A DNA stretch of 24,000 bases from Lacimicrobium sp. SS2-24. Lineage in GTDB: Bacteria > Pseudomonadota > Gammaproteobacteria > Enterobacterales > Alteromonadaceae. Under the pieces are notes generated by a model that saw only the letters and a program-made list of their open reading frames with translations, made no database searches and had not been told where the DNA came from. Shown piece by piece: positions 18,083-24,000 of the stretch (its first letter is position 1; each line of letters opens with the position of its first letter). Both the position numbers and the translations under genes were made by a program. Location: NCBI RefSeq assembly GCF_002201535.1, contig NZ_NIWW01000001.1, positions 520,933-544,932 on the forward strand, given 5' to 3'.

Positions 18083-18106
18083 CGTGTTGTTAAGAACGAG
18101 GTAATA

Positions 18107-18895
18107 ATGAAAACCCTTGTGGCTCATTCATGGGAACACCTGCAGGAACTGTTATTCGACGGTTCATGGGACCCACTTATTGCCCGCTATCGCTCCCCTT
18201 ATGTATTTCGCGGTTTGCCTGATTGTCGCTTTGAACTAAAGACCTCGCTGGCGCGACTGGGTGGACATTACGCTCAGCTTGAACGCCATCTGCTCAGAAA
18301 TTTTAAGAAATACGGCCACGACAGCTTTGATACAAACCGCTCAATCTGGCACTGGCTAACACTGGCACAGCACCATGGCTTACCTACCCGACTGCTCGAT
18401 TGGACCTACTCCCCCATGGTGGCAATGCACTTTGCCACTGCGGATATTGATTTGAGCGAGCAGGATGCGGTGATCTGGAAAGTGAATTACCACGACTCCT
18501 TCCGGCAATTGCCTGAGAATATGGCGATACAGCTCGAACAAACTGGCGGCAACGTGTTTACGGTAGAACTGCTGACCCAACTGGTGGGCGAGCTGGACGT
18601 TTTTGACCGACTCGGTGAGTCAGATTTTTTCCTGTTTTTTGAGCCACCGGCTCTGGATGGTCGCATCATCAACCAGCATGCCTTATTTTCTGTCGCCTCC
18701 AATGCGCAACTGGCCTTGAAGGAGCTGATAGAACAGACCCGGATTGATGCTCAGAAACTGATTATTCCGGCCAAACTCAAGTGGGAAATTCGCGATAAAC
18801 TGGATCAATCCAACATTACAGAGCGGGTTCTGTTTCCTGGTCTCGAAGGGTTAAGTCAGTGGCTTAAGCGCCATTACAGTCCGAGAGACAACTGA
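18107..18895 (+). CDS. FRG-domain protein of unknown function
   Basis: 262 aa with a GAGG RBS. It has an N-terminal (F/Y)RG motif in YVFRGLPD (FRG codons 18206-18214) and the downstream block HHGLPTRLLDWTYSPMVAMHFA. Together these form the FRG-domain pattern as I recall it. No signal peptide or TM segment was seen. Confidence 0.75.
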   Translation: MKTLVAHSWEHLQELLFDGSWDPLIARYRSPYVFRGLPDCRFELKTSLARLGGHYAQLERHLLRNFKKYGHDSFDTNRSIWHWLTLAQHHGLPTRLLDWTYSPMVAMHFATADIDLSEQDAVIWKVNYHDSFRQLPENMAIQLEQTGGNVFTVELLTQLVGELDVFDRLGESDFFLFFEPPALDGRIINQHALFSVASNAQLALKELIEQTRIDAQKLIIPAKLKWEIRDKLDQSNITERVLFPGLEGLSQWLKRHYSPRDN

Positions 18896-18956
18896 CATAA
18901 CCAAGACATGGGCGGTTTCACCAAACTTACGTCATCGCCGGGCATTCATGGCTTTT

Positions 18957-19748
18957 TTATTTGGACGTCTGGCGTTCTTCCTGCCATTGTTTCTCCAGAT
19001 GTTCAATCATGGCTTGAGGATAGTCATGCTGATACAAGCGGCGCATGGTGCCATCCGCGTAGCTTTGCATCAGTGCTTCCTGCCAGCGGGCGACTCTTGC
19101 GCCCGGGATATCCAGCGAAAATGCCAGATACAAATAAGAACGATACAGGGGTTTCCAGCGCTCTAACCTGACGTCACCGTAATGAACAGATTCGCCGTAA
19201 CGCAATGCATTCAGTGCAATAACATCAGCTCTGTTACGCTCCGCCATGGTGTGACACTCATGAGCATTGGCAACCATTGAAAGATTGCGCCCGACTTCAA
19301 AGCCCATCTGATTAAAATACCCCAGTTGTGCTGAACTCCGATAGGCACAGGCCCTGAGATTATCGGTCCCATAATCTTGTGGATTCGCCACGACCCTGGG
19401 TAAGGTGTACAACTGCATATCAAAATACTTAATCGGCCCGACCCACTGGAATAACGCTTCTCGCTCGGGGGTGCGTACGGTTTCAAAAAGTACTGTATTG
19501 GGTTGTTGCCGGGCCATTTTCATCGCCCGCGCCCAGGGCAATAAACTGAAGCGGATTTTTTCGTTTAAGCGGGCTTGTAAGTGACGAATCAACTGAATAG
19601 TGACACCGTCAATTTGCTCGACTTCGTTAATATATTGTGCCGGTGGGCTGTGTTCTGTAAGAAAGTGTAGTTCCGGATCCGGGGCCTGCCAGGCCAGGCA
19701 GCCTGAGCTGAATAATAGAAACAGAGCCCAGCCGATAAAGACTTGCAT
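18957..19748 (-). CDS. Orphan periplasmic solute-binding protein, family 3 (SBP_bac_3-like)
   Basis: 263 aa with a hydrophobic N-terminus MQVFIGWALFLLFSSGCLA. The family-3 pattern is present: SPPAQY..., LPWARAMKMA and RTPEREALFQWVGP. No adjacent permease or ATPase gene. Confidence 0.7.
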   Translation of the reverse strand: MQVFIGWALFLLFSSGCLAWQAPDPELHFLTEHSPPAQYINEVEQIDGVTIQLIRHLQARLNEKIRFSLLPWARAMKMARQQPNTVLFETVRTPEREALFQWVGPIKYFDMQLYTLPRVVANPQDYGTDNLRACAYRSSAQLGYFNQMGFEVGRNLSMVANAHECHTMAERNRADVIALNALRYGESVHYGDVRLERWKPLYRSYLYLAFSLDIPGARVARWQEALMQSYADGTMRRLYQHDYPQAMIEHLEKQWQEERQTSK

Positions 19749-19968
19749 GAAGGATTCACCGCTACAAAAAAGAGAATGTCATTACACTATAGCAGTCTGC
19801 GACGCAGGTCGCGCAGACCGCAACGGGAAAGCTTTGTGCGCTCACACCTCGCCCTTTGCTATTGGTGCTTTTCCCAGTTGGGCTTTAGTATACAATTAGG
19901 GATTGGTCATCACTGTGACAAACACGCTAACCTGCAGCATACCCATAAAGGGCAAGAGATCATTAAGC

Positions 19969-21711
19969 ATGCCATCACCACAGTTTCTCATCCGGTGGAT
20001 TAGTTTTTGCCTTTTCCTGTTGGTACCTTCGGTCAGCGGCGCACAACCGGTGTTGGATTTAAACCAGCAACCCGCGTTGACCGCAGGTGAATACAGTAAT
20101 TACTTCCAGGAATCCGGGGAGCCGCTATCCCTTTCACAAGCCATCACACAATTTAAGACTTATCCGGTCAACCTAGGCACAAGTCAGTCCATTTCGCTGG
20201 GGATCAGTGTGGCGCCGGTCTGGCTGAAAGTACGTCTGCATACTGATGGTGAAGCGGGAAAAAGCTATCGATTTAGTACTGAAACCCCCTGGCTTGATCA
20301 TATTGACGCCTGGCTGGTACACGAGGGAAGAGTGATTGAACATGTGGTAGGAGGCGATGCGCTACCCTATGCGCAGCGCCCCATGCAATACCGCTACTTT
20401 GCTTTTGAAACCGAATTGCCAGCCGGTGAAACACAACTTTATCTCAGAGTAGATACCCTTGGCCCCATGGCCATTCCTCTTCGAATCTCCGAATCAACGC
20501 GGGCTATACAAAGAGACATTTCCAGCAGTTACCAATATGGATTTCTGTACGGCATCATGATTGCACTGGCGCTGTATAATCTGATGATCTATCTCGGTAT
20601 ACGACACAGTGAATATGGCTTGTACGCCCTATACCTGCTGGGTTTTGTGATCAACAGCTTATCCTATACCGGGCAACTGCATACCTGGTTTACGCCCGAT
20701 TGGGGTCCCTACTTTCAGGATTGGCTAGATATCTTTCTCATGATCACCTATTCCATCGCCGGCCTTCATTTTGCGCGCATCCTGCTCAAGACGCGCCAAT
20801 ATGCACCCACATTAGACAGAATTACCATCGGCGTCACGGTATTCATTCCTGCAGGCATGCTCATCGGGGCACTGTTAAATAATCTCACCCTGTCCTTATT
20901 GCTGGCGTTTATCCTCAACACCAGTTTTGCAGTATTGTTTATTATATTGGGAATACAAGCCATCAGACACCAGGTTGCCACGGCCAGATTATTTGTGATC
21001 TGCTCGGTAACCGCAGCTACCTGCATCTGCATTTCAACAGCCGCTGTCGCCGGGCTGCTCCCATACAATGATGTGACCTTCAAACTCATTGAGGTGGGCA
21101 TGGCCTTTGAGTCAATTTGCCTGGCTTTTTTACTGGCGCAACGCTTCCGCCTGACCGAAACAGAAAAACGGGTGGCGCTGCATACTGCCCGCGTCGATCC
21201 ACTGACCGGACTGAACAACCGGCGCGGGTTTGAACACGCCGCCTACCCCTTATGGCATCAACAGCTCAGATCGAAGCGCGATGTCTCTGTTATCCTGATG
21301 GATATCGATCATTTTAAGAAAATTAATGACCGCTATGGCCATACTCTCGGCGATGAGGTGTTACGCAGTGTCGCTTCGCTATTAACCCATAGTGCCAGGC
21401 GAAGCGACATCATTGCACGCTGGGGTGGTGAAGAATTTCTGATATTGCTGCCAGACACCAACAAAGAACAAGCCCGCAAACATGCCGAGCAGTTACGACG
21501 CTTAATTGAATCAAGCAAAATCGACAGCGACAAGGGCGAGATTCACTTTACTGCCAGCTTTGGTGTCAGCGGCAGTGCGCCTGCTGCCCTCAGACAAAAC
21601 GACAGCTTTGGTGATGGTTTGGACGATCTCATCAATGCAGCCGATAACGCCCTGTATCAGGTTAAAGAAACTGGCCGCAATCAGGTTCAACTGGGAAATG
21701 CTACAGGGTAG
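19969..21711 (+). CDS. 7TMR-DISM-type sensor diguanylate cyclase (periplasmic DISMED2-like domain, 7 TM, GGDEF)
   Basis: I start at ATG 19969 (MPSPQFLIRWISFCLFLLVPSVSGA); the track's 19903 is a TTG. A periplasmic region of about 170 aa is followed by about 7 hydrophobic helices. The GGDEF domain begins at DPLTGLNNRRGF (21196) and has an intact GGEEF (21424-21438) and an RxxD I-site (RRSD, 21397-21408). Confidence 0.88.
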   Translation: MPSPQFLIRWISFCLFLLVPSVSGAQPVLDLNQQPALTAGEYSNYFQESGEPLSLSQAITQFKTYPVNLGTSQSISLGISVAPVWLKVRLHTDGEAGKSYRFSTETPWLDHIDAWLVHEGRVIEHVVGGDALPYAQRPMQYRYFAFETELPAGETQLYLRVDTLGPMAIPLRISESTRAIQRDISSSYQYGFLYGIMIALALYNLMIYLGIRHSEYGLYALYLLGFVINSLSYTGQLHTWFTPDWGPYFQDWLDIFLMITYSIAGLHFARILLKTRQYAPTLDRITIGVTVFIPAGMLIGALLNNLTLSLLLAFILNTSFAVLFIILGIQAIRHQVATARLFVICSVTAATCICISTAAVAGLLPYNDVTFKLIEVGMAFESICLAFLLAQRFRLTETEKRVALHTARVDPLTGLNNRRGFEHAAYPLWHQQLRSKRDVSVILMDIDHFKKINDRYGHTLGDEVLRSVASLLTHSARRSDIIARWGGEEFLILLPDTNKEQARKHAEQLRRLIESSKIDSDKGEIHFTASFGVSGSAPAALRQNDSFGDGLDDLINAADNALYQVKETGRNQVQLGNATG

Positions 21712-21884
21712 TCAGATAAAAGCTCTCAACGTTCTGAGAAAGCCACAAGCCCATCAGTTTTCATAAAAACAAGCCTCGATTGGTTGTGTCTCGTTTTGTC
21801 AGCGTTGCATCAACAATTCAGCGGTTAGTATTACAGCCTCATGCCCCTTATACTGGTGGATAGTAAAAGTGATTGAGATAGCAG

Positions 21885-22643
21885 ATGAATTGGGTTTATG
21901 CGGTATTACTGCTGACGTTTTGTGTGACGGTAAAGGCAGCAGAGCTTACCGTTGCTTTTGGTCAGAGTCGGCCCCCTTATGTGGATGAAGTGCTGGCCGA
22001 TGGTATCAGTGTAAGACTCTTCGACGCTGTGGCCCAGAAACTTGAATGGCAATACCAGGCCATTTTTGTCTCCAACCTGCGCATGGACAAGCTCCTCGAA
22101 CAAGGTCAAGTGGATATTTCGGTGGAAGTTCAGCCCAACAACCCGTCACTGTTTTATTCTCAACCGTTTATTGCCTATTACAACTATGCTATCCATCGTC
22201 ACTCTGCTGACCTGGCACTTAATGATATCAACGACCTGCAGCATTTCAGCCTGTGCGCCTGGCAAAGCGCCAATGAACATATCGGTATTTCAACCTGGAC
22301 AGAGAATAAAGCAGATTACTGGGAGTACCCGGAGCAAAAGTGGCAGGTGGCGGACTGGTTGAATGGGCGCTGCGAGGTGGTGTTAATCGATGAAACCCTG
22401 CTGAGCTGGCATCTTCAGCAATTTAAAACACGCCCAGAGCACAGCGATAAAAAGATACAACTGGATCGCCTCGGCAAAGCTTTATTGCCCATTGAGCAAA
22501 ACCCTCTGTGGTTTTATGTCGGCTTTAGCGAGGCCTCGCTCAGAGACGCGTTTGACAGGGAACTCACCCGTCTGAAAAAAAGCGGCCGTTATGACGACAT
22601 CCGCAATCACTTTACGCAAACAAAAGCATCAGCGCACCCATAG
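21885..22643 (+). CDS. Orphan periplasmic solute-binding protein, family 3 (SBP_bac_3-like)
   Basis: 252 aa with signal-like MNWVYAVLLLTFCVTVKA. The mature part begins AELTVAFGQSRPPYV and has a later FYSQPF motif typical of family 3. It lies 173 nt downstream of the cyclase on the same strand, with no obvious terminator between them. Confidence 0.7.
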   Translation: MNWVYAVLLLTFCVTVKAAELTVAFGQSRPPYVDEVLADGISVRLFDAVAQKLEWQYQAIFVSNLRMDKLLEQGQVDISVEVQPNNPSLFYSQPFIAYYNYAIHRHSADLALNDINDLQHFSLCAWQSANEHIGISTWTENKADYWEYPEQKWQVADWLNGRCEVVLIDETLLSWHLQQFKTRPEHSDKKIQLDRLGKALLPIEQNPLWFYVGFSEASLRDAFDRELTRLKKSGRYDDIRNHFTQTKASAHP

Positions 22644-22714
22644 CGAAACAGGAAGAACAGGAAGAACAGGATGCTATGATACGAGCCCTATCCTCTCCGC
22701 TCACCTTTGACGGC

Positions 22715-23344
22715 TTATTTCATCTGCAATGCGCTACTGTCCGAGTCTACGTAGCGCTGAATCACCTCAGGCACTCTGCCCTCATCAATAAACTTCAGTA
22801 AAGCCTGATTAAACTTGTCTCTGACCGCCTGGTCATGAAAAGCCGCGTAGGCTGGCACCACAGGAGTCAACGCATGGGCCCTGACACTACTCTGTTCGTA
22901 ATCCGGCACGCGTTCTTCGGCATAATAATGGAAAATGTAGTAATCAAGCACCACCAAATCGGTGCGTTTTTTAAACAGCAAACTGGGCAACACTGACATG
23001 TCGTGCATCTCACGGTAATGACTGTTTTTTACCAGTTTGGCAAAAGCCGGGCCGAAATACCCCGTCGCTCCCTGAAACGTTGCAATGCGGGCCCCTTCAA
23101 TGTCTGCCAGTGCAGAATATTCTAACTCTCTCTGTGCCAGAGAAAATACCGTCGGGCGGTATTAAATAATTTCTGAGGACACAAAATAGTCTTTTTCATC
23201 AGCCTGAAAAAAGGTTGGTACGATAACATCAGCCTCACCGTTCATGATCATACGCCTTGCCCGCGCCAGAGGCGACGTCCGCTCAGTTCGCCAATTTATG
23301 TCGTTATAGGCAAAAAGCTGCCTATGCACAGGTGCTGCATACAT
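22715..23344 (-). pseudogene. Decayed family-3 solute-binding-protein paralog (in-frame TAA plus missing 5' end)
   Basis: Track ORFs 23162-23344 and 22715-23008 are in the same frame. I translated 23009-23161 and it is open in that frame (YRPTVFSLAQRELEYSALADIEGARIATFQGATGYFGPAFAKLVKNSHYRE). The only interruption is TAA at 23162-23164. The combined 209 aa resembles SBP_bac_3 but lacks a signal peptide and about 45-50 N-terminal residues. The frame is closed by TGA at 23357-23359. Confidence 0.7.
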
Positions 23345-23441
23345 GTACTGATAAAATCAGCATGGGGTCAGGAGTACTTAACGGATGATTAGCATTTATG
23401 CTATATTCTGCGCCCTTTATTCTGGCTAATCCTACTTATTC

Positions 23442-24000
23442 ATGAGTGATTTTGAACAGCGTTTCGGCGGCACCCAAAGGCTTTATGGGCTTGCGCAAAC
23501 CCAGTGGCTACAACAGGCTCACTTCTGCGTTATCGGCATCGGTGGTGTCGGTAGCTGGGTCGCAGAAGCGCTGGCGCGAACGGCAGTGGGTACGCTGACG
23601 CTGATAGACTTGGATGATATCTGCACGACCAATATTAACCGCCAGATCCATGCGCTGACTAACACCGTTGGCGAAGACAAAACAGAGGCGATGCGTTCGC
23701 GCATTCAGTTGATTAACCCCCAGTGTGACGTGCGCTGCATTGAGGACTTTGTGACACCGGACAATGTGCATGAGTACCTCAATGACATGGATTATGTGGT
23801 TGATGCCACCGATTCGGTGAAAGCCAAAGCAGCTATCATCGCTCACTGTAAACGCCGCAAATTGCCGGTACTGACCATTGGCGGAGCCGGTGGTCAGACC
23901 GATCCTACGCAAATAGCCGTTACTGATTTGAGTAAGACAAAGCAGGATCCCCTGGCTGCTAAAGTACGTTCACTGCTGCGTCGGGATTACGGTTTTACCA
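23442..24000 (+). CDS. tcdA: tRNA threonylcarbamoyladenosine dehydratase (TcdA/CsdL), 5' partial running off the window
   Basis: This gene is not in the ORF track because no stop lies in the window. My translation is MSDFEQRFGGTQRLYGL...HFCVIGIGGVGSWVAEALARTAVGTLTLIDLDDICTTNINRQIHAL...TIGGAGGQTDPTQIAVTDLSKTKQDPLAAKVR. It is closely collinear with E. coli TcdA as I remember it. Confidence 0.9.
   Translation, partial: MSDFEQRFGGTQRLYGLAQTQWLQQAHFCVIGIGGVGSWVAEALARTAVGTLTLIDLDDICTTNINRQIHALTNTVGEDKTEAMRSRIQLINPQCDVRCIEDFVTPDNVHEYLNDMDYVVDATDSVKAKAAIIAHCKRRKLPVLTIGGAGGQTDPTQIAVTDLSKTKQDPLAAKVRSLLRRDYGFT

Noticed and set aside
19903-19968. TTG-initiated 22-codon extension of the diguanylate cyclase ORF
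   Set aside because: It uses a rare start codon. ATG 19969 gives a normal signal or first-TM sequence. The extension also falls in the divergent promoter region shared with the SBP gene.
22647-22671. 9-bp tandem repeat AACAGGAAG in about 2.8 copies, just after the SBP stop codon
   Set aside because: It is too short and too few copies for a CRISPR array or a functional VNTR. It is most simply a slippage duplication in a convergent intergenic spacer.
17938-23441. The idea that the FRG / SBP / cyclase block is a horizontally acquired genomic island
   Set aside because: There is no integrase, transposase, tRNA attachment site or flanking direct repeats. Sampled lines give about 50% GC, like the rest of the window. 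Accessory status would need comparative genomics and cannot be asserted from this sequence.
23508-23912. 134-aa and 61-aa - strand ORFs near the window end
   Set aside because: They are antisense to the open-ended tcdA reading frame. That frame is missing from the track only because it has no stop in the window, and its translation is unmistakably TcdA.

Overview
This looks like a chromosomal segment of a gammaproteobacterium, roughly 50% GC by eye. Lineage is an inference from the protein sequences; no search was run. Gene density is high and the intergenic regions are short, several of them carrying clear rho-independent terminators. I did not recognise any rRNA, tRNA, CRISPR array, transposase or integrase.

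Gene order:
- ppc (+)
- S9 prolyl-oligopeptidase-family lipoprotein (-)
- secreted glutathione peroxidase (+)
- azoR (-)
- large DUF4397x4/CHRDx3 lipoprotein (+)
- nhaP2/cvrA-type K+/H+ antiporter (-)
- Cys/Met-metabolism PLP enzyme (-)
- small PlsC-type acyltransferase (-)
- a translationally coupled trio: secreted trypsin-fold protease, FHA-headed membrane protein, NRDE/TANGO2-like protein (+)
- AspC/TyrB-type aminotransferase (+)
- orphan FRG-domain gene with a perfect palindrome upstream (+)
- a c-di-GMP sensory cluster: a 7TMR-DISM GGDEF cyclase flanked by three orphan family-3 solute-binding-protein paralogs, one of them a pseudogene
- the 5' part of tcdA (+)

Most of the window is ordinary housekeeping. 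The candidates for something undescribed are the protease-FHA-NRDE module, the self-contained FRG gene, the SBP/diguanylate-cyclase cluster and the DUF4397-CHRD lipoprotein. All functional ideas for these are inference from motifs read by eye. No database search, structure prediction or statistics could be run.
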